Below are positions 30,400 to 40,728 of a stretch of 64,000 nucleotides of DNA, in pieces. The notes under the pieces were generated by a model. The model was not told where the DNA came from. It made no database searches and saw only the letters and a program-made list of their open reading frames with translations. Location of the stretch: IMG/VR virus record IMGVR_UViG_3300025018_000135, one strand, 5' to 3'. Both the position numbers and the translations under genes were made by a program. This stretch comes from an uncultured virus (IMG/VR IMGVR_UViG_3300025018_000135) (taxonomy: Duplodnaviria; Heunggongvirae; Uroviricota; Caudoviricetes). The first letter of the stretch is position 1. Every line of letters begins with the position of its first letter.

Positions 30400-31854
30400 T
30401 TATGAGTCCTTCAAAACGTCAAAGTAGTCTTTAACAGCTTGGCCACTTTCCATATAAGCGATAAGTTTTTTGCGCAGGTGGAAAGGTTTACCTTTGTGTC
30501 CGATTTTCTTCAAAGTCTTAGTAATTTCTTCTTTGTTACCTAGAATCAGAGTTTTCATTTCGATAAAAGAAATTGGCTTCATTTTCTTAGGCCAGTCTTT
30601 TACACCAATCTTAGAAAGGTCAAGTGTCATTTTATTTCTGTTACCTGTTGCGACACCAGTTTGATCCATGAAATACCACGAATCGAACACAGGGTCGTAA
30701 CCGTGGGCTTCGCCTTTACCATCACGCACCCAAATGCGCAGCCACGTTTCCAGATCAGGTACAGACAATTTATTTTTAATAGTTTTCACGTTTACATAAC
30801 GGTAAGTGTCTTTCTTACCTTTATATTGAACAGATTCCTCTCTTTCTTCTTTTCCTTTAATACCGAAAACAGAAGAACGGGAAACCATTTTTAAACGAGC
30901 GTCACTAAAGAACTTCAAAGCATTACCAGAAGGTTCGGCTTCGCTCGGGCCGTACATAGCCATTGGAACAGCACGTAATTGGTTAACGCCCATTACAACA
31001 ACTTTCTTAGGCTCCATTGCACCTTTTACGCGCTTCAATTGCGTAGAAAACATTCGTGCTTGTTCTGCAATCGCTTCGTTATCGTCTTCGCGTTCATCAA
31101 CATTTTTAGGAAGCATTGCAGGGTAAGAATCTACAACTAGAATAGCTTGTGGGCTTCCGTCTTCGCATTCTATCCAATATTTCCCAGTTTCTTTTAGTAG
31201 CTTACTGTCAGCATATTGTTTTAGATTTTCGTTAACTGCTTTGGACTTTCCTTTCTTGTCAGTTAACTTTGCAGGATAAACTTTCCACCATTTTCCTTGG
31301 CGATACATTTTATCAGGAAGCTCTCTTTGCAACTTACGCTGAAATGCAAAGAACAATTCGCCAATGTTAACTTGAAAACGACGAACAAGACCTTTCTTAA
31401 TGTAAACACCTTTGTCGTCTTGAATACCGAACATGTCTTGAATAGTACCTTTGAATCCAAGACTTCTGGCAATCGACATAAAGTAATCAGGACTGAAAGA
31501 ACCCTCATAGTCGAAGTACGCAATTAAGGGCGCGTCTCTACCCGCTTCAATGTCTGCTTGTTTTTTAATTGCAGCTTGTGCAATTTGTGTCATTGCGAGA
31601 GTAGATTTTGAAGACTGTTCACCTCCGAAAAATGTATACCAGCCTCCGGGTACAATACCGCCGCTTAAAATTAGGTCTAATGATAAAGAGCCTGTAGAAA
31701 CTCTTTTTGTGTGCGAGGCCATAGTTGAAACAAGGCCAACTTCGTGTTGAATATCGTCTAACAGATCATCACCATTAAACGCAGCCATTTTTGATATTTT
31801 AGTAGTTTTTACTTTGGGTTTCTTGGCAACAGGTGCCTTTGCTTTTCTAGCCAT
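30400..31854 (-). CDS. RecA/UvsX-like recombinase
   Basis: STGSLSLDLIL.GGIVPG, Walker A GGEQSSKST, VVDS, QARMFS, NQLR, GNALKFFSDARL, KNKL. Confidence 0.92.
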   Translation of the reverse strand: MARKAKAPVAKKPKVKTTKISKMAAFNGDDLLDDIQHEVGLVSTMASHTKRVSTGSLSLDLILSGGIVPGGWYTFFGGEQSSKSTLAMTQIAQAAIKKQADIEAGRDAPLIAYFDYEGSFSPDYFMSIARSLGFKGTIQDMFGIQDDKGVYIKKGLVRRFQVNIGELFFAFQRKLQRELPDKMYRQGKWWKVYPAKLTDKKGKSKAVNENLKQYADSKLLKETGKYWIECEDGSPQAILVVDSYPAMLPKNVDEREDDNEAIAEQARMFSTQLKRVKGAMEPKKVVVMGVNQLRAVPMAMYGPSEAEPSGNALKFFSDARLKMVSRSSVFGIKGKEEREESVQYKGKKDTYRYVNVKTIKNKLSVPDLETWLRIWVRDGKGEAHGYDPVFDSWYFMDQTGVATGNRNKMTLDLSKIGVKDWPKKMKPISFIEMKTLILGNKEEITKTLKKIGHKGKPFHLRKKLIAYMESGQAVKDYFDVLKDS

Positions 31855-32210
31855 TCTAAACTCTCCAGTAATTTCTTAATTTTTAATAACCTTTCTTCCA
31901 CTTCTTTAACACTTATCGGAACGTCATTTATGTCAGATTGACTGGTATCTGTATAAAGATCATCAACCTGCTTTTTAATTATCTGCAAAGCTTGAAAAGG
32001 TTTCTTTGCATAGTCTTCACCAGTCCCACACATGCAGGAAGAAAAAGGTTCATCTACATGATGTACAGGTATCTGCCTACATTTATTACAGACTCCCATG
32101 TTGTCTAGTACCGATTCCAGTTCCGCTATATCTTCTTCTTTAATGCACTTCACAATAGTGTTCATTGCTTTTTTAAATACATCTTCCGTAGCCACAGTGT
32201 CCTCCATTAG

Positions 32211-32245
32211 AAAAAAGGGCTGTATAGGAAACTGTGCAGCCCTTT
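32211..32245 (-). terminator. Rho-independent terminator after putative SSB
   Basis: GGGCTG...CAGCCC stem with T6 on the minus strand. Confidence 0.75.
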
Positions 32246-32257
32246 ATTTACTTAGGA

Positions 32258-33565
32258 TTACTTACGTTTTTTCTTAGAGGATTTTTTAGGTGCCTCAGAG
32301 GATTCTTCACTAAGTTCTGATGATTCTTCTTCAGAGGACTCTTCGCTCATTTCAGAAGACTCTTCTTTTTTCTTGCTCTTCGCTTTTCCTTTCTTCTTAG
32401 GAGCTTCAGAAGATTCTTCTTCACTCATTTCCAACTCAGAGGATTCTTCACTCATTTCAGAAGATTCTTCTTTCTTTTTACCTTTGCTTTTAGCCGCAGC
32501 TTTACCTTTCTTCTTAGGAGCTTCAGAAGATTCTTCTTCGCTCATTTCCAATTCAGAAGACTCTTCACTCATTTCTGAGGATTCTTCTTTTTTCTTTTTT
32601 CCCTTAGCGGCGGCTTTACCTTTCCCTTTCTTTTTCGGAGCTTCTGAGGATTCTTCACTCATTTCTGAGGTTTCAGACATTTCCAGTTCAGAAGACTCTT
32701 CTACTTTTTTACCTTTCTTTTTGGATTTCTTGCTTGCTGCCATATCGTCTGACTCCTCATAGTCGGTAGTTTCTTTGCCGTCTTTTGTTTTACGAATAAC
32801 TTTTTTACTCAATTGCTTAAATTCAGATTTCTGAGTTTTTGTATCCTCTTCTTGTGAGGCCCCTACTTTTTCCAAAGCTTCTTCAATATTCCAGTGTAGA
32901 TATTCAACCTCTGTTTCATTTAACGGAGATTTCTCACCTTTCTGAATATCATACGCCTGCGCGGGCTGTGCGTCAGGATCAAACTTAATCATAATGTCCA
33001 TTCCGTAATCATCATCGGAAATAGGCATTGATTTAGTTTTACCACCAACCTTGTGTTTATTAAGGTCGGCCAAGCCTTTCAATTTTTTAGCTACTCCACC
33101 CGGAAGTGACAATACACGGATTGGAGTCCATGCCTTAGATTCATTTCCGTCTTTAAATCCAGATTTCAATTCGGTCTTACTATATTTCTTTTGAAACTTA
33201 GAAGGTTCGTCTTCCTGAATATCCCGAATAATAGCGTTAACGTAATAACGCTGCCGTGCGGTGTAGTCAGGTAGTTCGTCACAATAAACACAGTCTTTTG
33301 TAGAGTCGAAACTATCAGTTTCCGCATCATATCGACCACAGGCTTTAGGTAGCGTTACTTTTTTACCATCTTTAGTCTTAATATCAATCCAGTGTGTTGC
33401 ACTAGCAATTACAGGGCCAACAAGTCGCATCTGAACATACTTGTTGTTCTTCGGCATTGAGAAAACATCAACGAAGTGTTCTAGTTTAACAATTTCTTTT
33501 TTACCACCTTTCGGGTTAGTGTCGTCAAATGTTTTTGACGTTTTATACTTACGTTTTGAAGACAT
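32258..33565 (-). CDS. Putative single-stranded DNA-binding protein (gp32-like) with repetitive acidic/basic tail
   Basis: H..C...C.YC zinc-like site, RYYVNAIIR, D.DYGMDIMIK; located next to recA-like gene; low-complexity C-terminus. Confidence 0.6.
   Translation of the reverse strand: MSSKRKYKTSKTFDDTNPKGGKKEIVKLEHFVDVFSMPKNNKYVQMRLVGPVIASATHWIDIKTKDGKKVTLPKACGRYDAETDSFDSTKDCVYCDELPDYTARQRYYVNAIIRDIQEDEPSKFQKKYSKTELKSGFKDGNESKAWTPIRVLSLPGGVAKKLKGLADLNKHKVGGKTKSMPISDDDYGMDIMIKFDPDAQPAQAYDIQKGEKSPLNETEVEYLHWNIEEALEKVGASQEEDTKTQKSEFKQLSKKVIRKTKDGKETTDYEESDDMAASKKSKKKGKKVEESSELEMSETSEMSEESSEAPKKKGKGKAAAKGKKKKEESSEMSEESSELEMSEEESSEAPKKKGKAAAKSKGKKKEESSEMSEESSELEMSEEESSEAPKKKGKAKSKKKEESSEMSEESSEEESSELSEESSEAPKKSSKKKRK
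32270..32740 (-). repeat. Imperfect coding tandem repeats (KKKEESSEMSEESSELEMSEEESSEAPKKKGKA)
   Basis: About 4 units visible in both DNA and protein. Confidence 0.85.
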
Positions 33566-33621
33566 TTTATTTCCTCTTTTCCTTGCAAGGTTTAGTTTAC
33601 GTGATTGCGCGTATCACCAGA

Positions 33622-33634
33622 TACTTTACAGATT
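33622..33634 (-). promoter_or_regulatory. AATCTGTAAAGTA motif upstream of putative SSB
   Basis: Exact copy of the repeated 13-mer. Confidence 0.65.
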
Positions 33635-34632
33635 TACTTTATCTCATACTTTTCTTGTTTCTTTACTTCTTCTTTCGTTAAACACTCTTGAATACCCAAG
33701 GAAAGTCTAGCTAATCCGATAGGGTCTGCTAGTCTTGCCAACTTTCTTAAACGCCTTGTTTCTGAAATATTTTCTAAGTCTCCACTAATACAAACTTCTA
33801 GGTTTTTTACTTCGGTGGCGTCCATAGGAACGCTCATGTTATTTACTTTACACTCACGCCTTTTTGCGGGAGGTAAAACAAAAGCAATTCCAGATTCGTT
33901 AGACGAAGTTATGTTAGTTGCGTGGTTTAGCCAAACTTTTATATAGCTAGTTAACGTACCTTGGGTTTGATCCAACTTATCTATTGCTTTAGAAGCATAC
34001 AAAACATAGTTTTGAATTAAGTCGTCTAAGTCTATTTTTGAATTGTTGTGAGAATAATACGCTTGAGCTTGTTTAGTAATTAAGCGCATGTATTTTTGCA
34101 GTATCATGTTTTTAAATTCACAGTATTTTTTGTGCCAGTAATTTACTTCACGGATTATAGCCAACATATCAATTTCGCCAGTGTACTCAACTTGGCTTTC
34201 AATATCTTTCATTTTAACTAGGTAATTGGAGTCGAGGGTTTCTGCGTACTTTGCTTTGTACATTGCATAGGGCCGGGTTACTTCTAGAAAGTTTCTAACA
34301 GCAGTATTTGTAAGGCTTCTTTCTATTTTCATTTTTTTATAAATAGAGGACTTTCTTTCTTGGTCTGCAAAAAGAAAAGCAACAGCAGCGATAGAGAAAT
34401 TCTTTTTGTCATGTGCAGATATTTTACGTCTTCCATTTTCCGTGAAGTGATGCAGAATACCAGAAACAAAACTGTCCATGTAGTTAGTGCTGTTAAAAAT
34501 AGAAGCAACTGTGTTATATAGTAATGTATCCAGTACGTCCATGTACTGAGACGTTGAATAATTTTTCTTCAGTTTTTCATTAGTCTTTTTTAAGTCTCCC
34601 ATTACTCTAGAATGACCGTAATTTAGAGACAT
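33634..34632 (-). CDS. Phage sigma70-family-like transcription factor
   Basis: YMRLITKQAQAY...LDDLIQ...KAIDKLDQTQGTLTSYIKVWL resembles sigma region 2. Confidence 0.7.
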   Translation of the reverse strand: MSLNYGHSRVMGDLKKTNEKLKKNYSTSQYMDVLDTLLYNTVASIFNSTNYMDSFVSGILHHFTENGRRKISAHDKKNFSIAAVAFLFADQERKSSIYKKMKIERSLTNTAVRNFLEVTRPYAMYKAKYAETLDSNYLVKMKDIESQVEYTGEIDMLAIIREVNYWHKKYCEFKNMILQKYMRLITKQAQAYYSHNNSKIDLDDLIQNYVLYASKAIDKLDQTQGTLTSYIKVWLNHATNITSSNESGIAFVLPPAKRRECKVNNMSVPMDATEVKNLEVCISGDLENISETRRLRKLARLADPIGLARLSLGIQECLTKEEVKKQEKYEIK

Positions 34633-34960
34633 TAAAAACCTCCCATTAGAGTTTGCGAAAGCTTTTTAACTACGTCTTCTTTTATTGCTAAAGGCGCAGT
34701 CCCTTCCTTTAAGTAAGAATAGTAATTAAAGCTAACATTGTAGGAAGGCTCGCACTTATCTACTTCTTGAAATCTTATAAAGTGTCTAGCATTAATTGTG
34801 TAGTTTGGACTATCTAAAAAATGTAGAAACTTTGGCTTAACAAATTCTTCTGGAAGTTTATTTTCATCGTAAAGAGACTCTAAGTATCTAAGGAAGTCAT
34901 ACGTGTGTTTAGTTTCAGATATTCTAATAGGAAGGTTCAGTCGAAAGGATGATCTAGCCA

Positions 34961-35401
34961 TTAAAAACCCCTCTCTTGTATTGTGTGGAAAAGAGAAATA
35001 AGGTGCTTGCAAGCCCATGGGCGTCCATTAGGGTTACGGATAATGGGGTCTTTACCGTTTGAAAAAACAATATCAGCAGCGCCTCTTTTATTTAGTTCTA
35101 CTTCACAGCCATACGCCCAAAAATAATCACAGTCACAAGAACACTTAACATGACAACGATCAATTAACATTTTCGGTCTACCTTTTTTGTCTCTAGATAA
35201 ACCTTCTACCCAAGTCTTATATTTATTTGGGTTGCGTCTTAAAGTTCCATCGTCATTATGTGTTGTGAAAGTAACAGCCCTAACTACAGTATTACCATTT
35301 CGTCTTTTACCTTTTTGAAGTCGTGTAACTTTAACGTCTAACGAACGCTGTTCGGTTACACGTTTAGTCCACCTTTCTATCTGAATCATTGTTAATGGCA
35401 T
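34961..35401 (-). CDS. SWIM zinc-finger protein
   Basis: CSCDCDYF...CKHL (CxC...CxH). Confidence 0.7.
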   Translation of the reverse strand: MPLTMIQIERWTKRVTEQRSLDVKVTRLQKGKRRNGNTVVRAVTFTTHNDDGTLRRNPNKYKTWVEGLSRDKKGRPKMLIDRCHVKCSCDCDYFWAYGCEVELNKRGAADIVFSNGKDPIIRNPNGRPWACKHLISLFHTIQERGF

Positions 35402-35433
35402 GTTCTGAACCCTCTTGTCGATAGGTCATTAAA

Positions 35434-36426
35434 TTAGTCTCCCTTACCTACCATTGATTTTCTACCTGCTATCTTGGTAAGCGTTTTTTCCATTAGTTTC
35501 TGTAGACTCTTTGGAATTTTTTCTCCGATCATGTGCATAGCAAAACACTCACAGAAATGTTCACGACTATTCTTTTGCGCGTAGTCAGAAACCATCATTT
35601 TGAATTTACTTTCTTCAATATCAAGACGTGGCCAGAATTTCTTCAAACTTTTATTCTGCGACCTCAAAGTATCTAGGTCTACAAGATCAAGTGCGTGTAC
35701 CTTTTTAATTTGAGAAAGAACTTTATTAAATTCTTTTTTCTCTTCTTTGTCTGCAATAGTTTTTCTATAGTCAGAAACTGTCTGTTTATATTGACCTTCA
35801 ATAGCGGCCAAGTGCTGAGAATAGTTTTCTTTGGTAATACGATTAATTTCAACGTGCTTGTAATAAGCCTTAGTCCAGTGTGCTCTAATTCTATCGTCCA
35901 GTAAGTGATACCAAACACCGTGACCGTATTCGTGAAAAAAGATGTGTGCATTGTCTACGTTGTGCGCAAGATGAAAAGAAAGAATATCCAGAGAGTCGCC
36001 TTTATAGTGGTGAACATAATGACCGTCTAGGTTTCCTTTTTCTTCTTGTACCTCAATAATCAAAGGTAGAAATTTATGCAGAGACTTCTTTTTAATCTTT
36101 GTGTAAAAGGTTTCAATTTCTGCAAGAATTTCTTTCTTTTCCTTTTTGGATTTATTTCCAAAGAAGTTAACGTCACCAAAAGAAGAAACTGCTTTTGAAT
36201 CGAATATGTCGAAGCTACATCCGTAAATAGAACCTGCTTTCGGGTTGCTTCCAAGGTTTGCTAAAACATCTTCAAGTAAAAAGTCCATTGTTTCTTCAGT
36301 GTAAGGCATTTTGTTGTAGACAGTTCCTCTGGCTTTTTCACCTTTTATTTTATCTACCAGAAGAATAAAGGTTTTCTTGTCAGGTCTTACTGCTACGAAG
36401 TCACCTATTTTAATCGTTAGCGACAT
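35434..36426 (-). CDS. Putative zincin metallopeptidase
   Basis: FFHEYGHG (HExxH) plus downstream SDYAQKNSREHFCECFA. Confidence 0.7.
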   Translation of the reverse strand: MSLTIKIGDFVAVRPDKKTFILLVDKIKGEKARGTVYNKMPYTEETMDFLLEDVLANLGSNPKAGSIYGCSFDIFDSKAVSSFGDVNFFGNKSKKEKKEILAEIETFYTKIKKKSLHKFLPLIIEVQEEKGNLDGHYVHHYKGDSLDILSFHLAHNVDNAHIFFHEYGHGVWYHLLDDRIRAHWTKAYYKHVEINRITKENYSQHLAAIEGQYKQTVSDYRKTIADKEEKKEFNKVLSQIKKVHALDLVDLDTLRSQNKSLKKFWPRLDIEESKFKMMVSDYAQKNSREHFCECFAMHMIGEKIPKSLQKLMEKTLTKIAGRKSMVGKGD

Positions 36427-36800
36427 TGGTTTTCCTCACTATAAATTTTACGTGGATTTCCTGTATTTTATTTTCTATTGAGCTTGATCTAAACTGATAA
36501 AAACAAGACCCTATAAAAAAACTAATTCCGTTTAAGTTTACCTTGTCCCCGATACAATCGTTAATGAATCTATGCACCTGAAAGTCTTTATTTTCTATAA
36601 AGATCGCATTTAGCTCACTGTTCTTATTGTCTAGTGTTTTCATTGATACTTCTGTGCAATACGTGGACAATTTTTCTAAAGGTCTATACACGTCATTTGT
36701 AGAAGACCCTTGTTGTTTTTTATTAAAAAGAATTGAAAAGTCGCATTCTTTTAAAGGTTGTGTATCTTTAATATCTGATATAGAAAATTCAGGTTTCATT

Positions 36801-37052
36801 TTATTTCCCTCTGTTTAGTTTTCTAGCTTTCTTGGCTGCTTTTGCTTTCTGTCTGCGTTTTTTAAAGTTACTTGGTTTTCTGGCTGTGTTTATAGTTTCT
36901 TCAATGCACGGACTGGGGGTGTAGTCTATTAAGTCTTCAGGTTTTGCGGCTACACTATTTTTCAAAATACCAAAAATAGCGTGAGCTAAAGTTGTATCTC
37001 CTTGATCTATATGCCCTACAGTTCCTACATTTGGTTTATCTACAACAGACAT
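36801..37052 (-). CDS. Small protein with EF-Tu-like N-terminal P-loop segment and basic tail
   Basis: KPNVGTVGHIDQGDTTLAHAI versus EF-Tu [23 protein letters not shown]; GAGG Shine-Dalgarno site before ATG 37052. Confidence 0.65.
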   Translation of the reverse strand: MSVVDKPNVGTVGHIDQGDTTLAHAIFGILKNSVAAKPEDLIDYTPSPCIEETINTARKPSNFKKRRQKAKAAKKARKLNRGK

Positions 37053-37635
37053 GGACAGCCTCATTTAAATAGAGATCAGCTAAATTATTTACGAACATTT
37101 TGTTCAAGTGTGCATTATTTTTTCTATAGTCTATGTTCCAAGGGCGTTTCACCAAAAAACATTTCTTTGCTAACTTTCTTTTTAAAACAGCGTCAAAGTG
37201 CTTTGGATTATCTTCTATAAACAAACCAACATCGCCAAATTGTTCTTCTATATAGTCTGCTTTACATTGTCCAAGGTTAACACACTGAACAAAGGTAGAA
37301 GTGAAGCCGTAAACTTTCAGCATACCCTCCGTAATTTCTTTTCCACGGGAATGCCACCCTCTTGCTGTAAGCAATACAGGGTAGGGGTATATATTTTTTA
37401 GAGCATCAATAAATTCCAAACTGTAAGGTTCTGGCCTACTGTTTTCTAAGGCTTGGTGCTCTGTTAATACCTGAAAAAATTCTTCTAAACTAATTTCGTA
37501 CTTAGTGTGAAGATCATAACTGTCCCACTCAGAAAAGTGAATATTTTTTCCTGTGTGTTTATTCAACGCTTCACACATAGGTTCGCGTAAATTGAAAAGA
37601 GTATCATCAACATCAATAATTGCTACGTTACTCAT
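37036..37635 (-). CDS. 5'(3')-deoxyribonucleotidase (NT5C-like HAD)
   Basis: IIDVDDTL, LLTAR, K, FIEDNP, PWN. Confidence 0.85.
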   Translation of the reverse strand: MSNVAIIDVDDTLFNLREPMCEALNKHTGKNIHFSEWDSYDLHTKYEISLEEFFQVLTEHQALENSRPEPYSLEFIDALKNIYPYPVLLTARGWHSRGKEITEGMLKVYGFTSTFVQCVNLGQCKADYIEEQFGDVGLFIEDNPKHFDAVLKRKLAKKCFLVKRPWNIDYRKNNAHLNKMFVNNLADLYLNEAVHVCCR

Positions 37636-38574
37636 ACCTCAATCCCCTTTTCTAGTGCAGTTTCAAAAGACCCAGATACTCTGAAACCTTCTGGAAATAA
37701 TTTAAGCATTTCTCTTTCGTCTGAAAAATTAACCAACTTCATAGAGTCACACATAAATTTCAAGTCCAGTGTTGGTGGAATACTTGATTGAATTGGTTCT
37801 ATAGACGGAAGTAAGACTTTGCACAGCATAACCCAGAGCTTTTATCTATAATATGAAAAATTACCTTTTCAGGTGAAAGAAAATTAGTCATTTGTTCATT
37901 CATTAGCGCAGCAGCGTCTTGATGAAAAACTCTTACTGTATATTCAGGTGTGTATACTTTGTTTGAAATAGTTTGTGTACTTTCAATATCCGTCTCTTTG
38001 TAGTCATAAAAACCAAAGGATAGTTTCTTTTTTAGAATAGCTATAGTTTTCATCTTAGATATTTTTACGCTGTAGGGCGCTGGAGTGTCTTCTCTCAGAA
38101 TTTTTCCCGGAAATATAATGTTCATAACCCACTCCACATGTTTTTAGAAATTTTACCGAAGCCGGAAGATAGTAAAACAAAGTCTTCATTATCGGTGCTG
38201 ATAAGGTTGTCATACCTGCACCCACCTCTAACCCAGATACCAGATACGTCAGAGTCTGTGAGAAAACATCCTACTAGAACTAGCTTCTTTTTATAATCTA
38301 CTAAATAAGTTTTACCTTCTAGGTTTCTGGCCTGATTTTGCATTTCTTCAAAATCATCTAAGTACACTTTAACAACGGCGGGGAAAAACTGCAACCTTCC
38401 GGGGAAAGTTTGTGTAGATACTATGTCTTCAGGTTTTGTATTTCTAAGGCCCAAGCTCAAAGTATTTTTAATCTTTGAGCTTAAACTATATTCATGAACC
38501 TTTACTTGATTAACACGAGGCTCCGGTAGTCTTAGGATTTCGCAGGGTGCTATGAAGTATTTCATATCTTTTCC

Positions 38575-39246
38575 TTATAGGTATATTTTCTGCAAAGCGG
38601 CTTTTGAAAGTTTTACAGTTGACCCTGTACGTTCGCTTACTTCGTTAAATTTATTAAAAGTTTCTAGTGCTAGGTCAATTCCGTTTTTATAAGCCAATAC
38701 TTCCAGACTATATTGCAAGTCACGGAACTTATTAGACAGTATATCTTCGATTTGTTGATCTTTTGTTTGAAGGCTGGTTTCGCCTGAATAGGTAAATGTT
38801 CTACCTAATACAAAATCCAGTAGAGCCTCTAAATTAGCGTTAAGATGGCGTAATGCTTGCTTGTCACAATAGGAAGCCATAGCTTCCATATCGAGTCCAT
38901 GATTTCCAATTGTGAAAATACTAGAAATCTTTTCACCTGTGTACAAACTTTGCCCCCAACGTCGTGAACTAAGTTTTATCTCCATAAAGTTTGCAAATAT
39001 TGATACGTAAGTCTGAATATCTGCTAATTCTTTTCCGGCCTTTTCTTGAAACTCTTCTTGGTTTATATCACCACGAACAAGTTTCTTTTTGAAGTTTGCG
39101 TATTCTCCGATTTCCCCTACTAGAGCGCCGTACCAGTCCCATAGTCCCCATTCTAAACTATTAGCAGGTTCACCTTTACTATTTTTAAATGATACTAGTC
39201 TTTTCTTGTTAGCTTCTGAAAAATAAGAGATGTCTAAGGTGTGCAT
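38575..39246 (-). CDS. MazG-like nucleotide pyrophosphohydrolase
   Basis: GEIGEYAN..KK...KELADIQTY...GIDL...KFNE. Confidence 0.8.
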   Translation of the reverse strand: MHTLDISYFSEANKKRLVSFKNSKGEPANSLEWGLWDWYGALVGEIGEYANFKKKLVRGDINQEEFQEKAGKELADIQTYVSIFANFMEIKLSSRRWGQSLYTGEKISSIFTIGNHGLDMEAMASYCDKQALRHLNANLEALLDFVLGRTFTYSGETSLQTKDQQIEDILSNKFRDLQYSLEVLAYKNGIDLALETFNKFNEVSERTGSTVKLSKAALQKIYL

Positions 39247-40728
39247 AAATTTCTCCTAGTTAATTGAATTGCTTTTTACATTAAACATTTTCTCGAAAGT
39301 ACCGGGATAATTTTTCTCATATTCCTCAGATACTTTACCTAAAGTATATTTCGTTTTATCTGTATATACGTACCTTTCAATAGGGTTCCATCCAATTATC
39401 CTAGAGGTTATTACAACGTCTCCGTTGGAAAAATTATAATGGCCATAAACTTTTCCGTAAAGACATATATTAAGTGACTCCAATGAGGCACTATAAGAAC
39501 CACCGGGAAAAGGAACGACAAGATACCAGTCTTCCATGTGTGCGTGGTCTAAAGGACTTTCCATCTTTCGTCTTGACTGTCTTTGTAATGAACAGTTCCG
39601 TGTATACATTTTAATAGTCTCCCTGATTCTTTTTCTATAGCTATATCTTGTAAGCGATCATATTCTGTTGTTAGTGAGTTACAAACGTACAAAGAAAAAG
39701 TATTCATAGGATGGAAAGTTATAGAGTTACGATCAAGTCCATCAGTTACTTTAAAATCAGGTTTGACATTAATTTGAAGGGTATCGGCAACTCGAATTGC
39801 TATATTTTCTAACTGATATTTTACTGATTCAATTGTACTTTCACTCAAAGACTGGAGTAAGAATTTTTCTAGAGTGCTTTTAATTTCTTCGTGTATACTT
39901 GCATGAACGCCTTTCGGTGTTTCTAGTAATTCTTTTATAGAGTTTTCGCTAGGAATTGCCATTTAATCCTCCCGTGTTTAGTTTTTTATATTCTGTGTCT
40001 GTTATGTCCAAAGGAATCAACGGGTAAATCAAACACACACCGTGATTATCCACCTTTGGCTCACCGAAGTTTTCAAAGCAATACCAGTTATCATCGTAGC
40101 TCATTTTATAGTTGTTACCGTTTACAGCAACAACACGAGAGCAGTGGAAAGGAACACGCTGGACGTACTTACGACCAACACCTAACCAATCCGTAGCTAT
40201 AAAGTCCCCGCTTAAAGGCTTCTTGGGGTGAAATGACATAAATACCTCCAATAAGTAATCGGTTTTTTAGTTAGACAATATTTTACTTTTTCCTATCGTA
40301 AGGGTTGTCCTCTAGAGCTTCCATTTCAGTGTCCCATACTCCTGCAATTTTCATGTCTCTAACGATAGGAGCCTGCGGCTTACATTTTCTTTTAATACAT
40401 GTAAATCTAACAATTCCAAAGAACCCATCTTTATGCCACTTTTAAAAGATCAGGTATCTCTTTCATAGTAATGTCTTCTGATTCAGAACACGCCCATATA
40501 AAAATATCACTAACGTTTAAAGAAAGTGTTATTGCGTGGCATACGATTTCAACAGTTTCATATTCGCCATTTGGTTTTTTCTTAACAGGCTTAAATATAC
40601 TAGTGTTAGCCCAAAGGATATTTTCTTTAATAAAGAGAGAAATAATTTCGTCTTCTTCGTATCCTTTTTCACCATCTAGTTTGTAAGTATAGTCTTCTAG
40701 CTTTATAGTTTTGTGTAACTCTCCCATC

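Noticed and set aside
32270..32740. Possible CRISPR array
   Set aside because: Repeats are in-frame, degenerate at codon third positions, and have no unique spacers.
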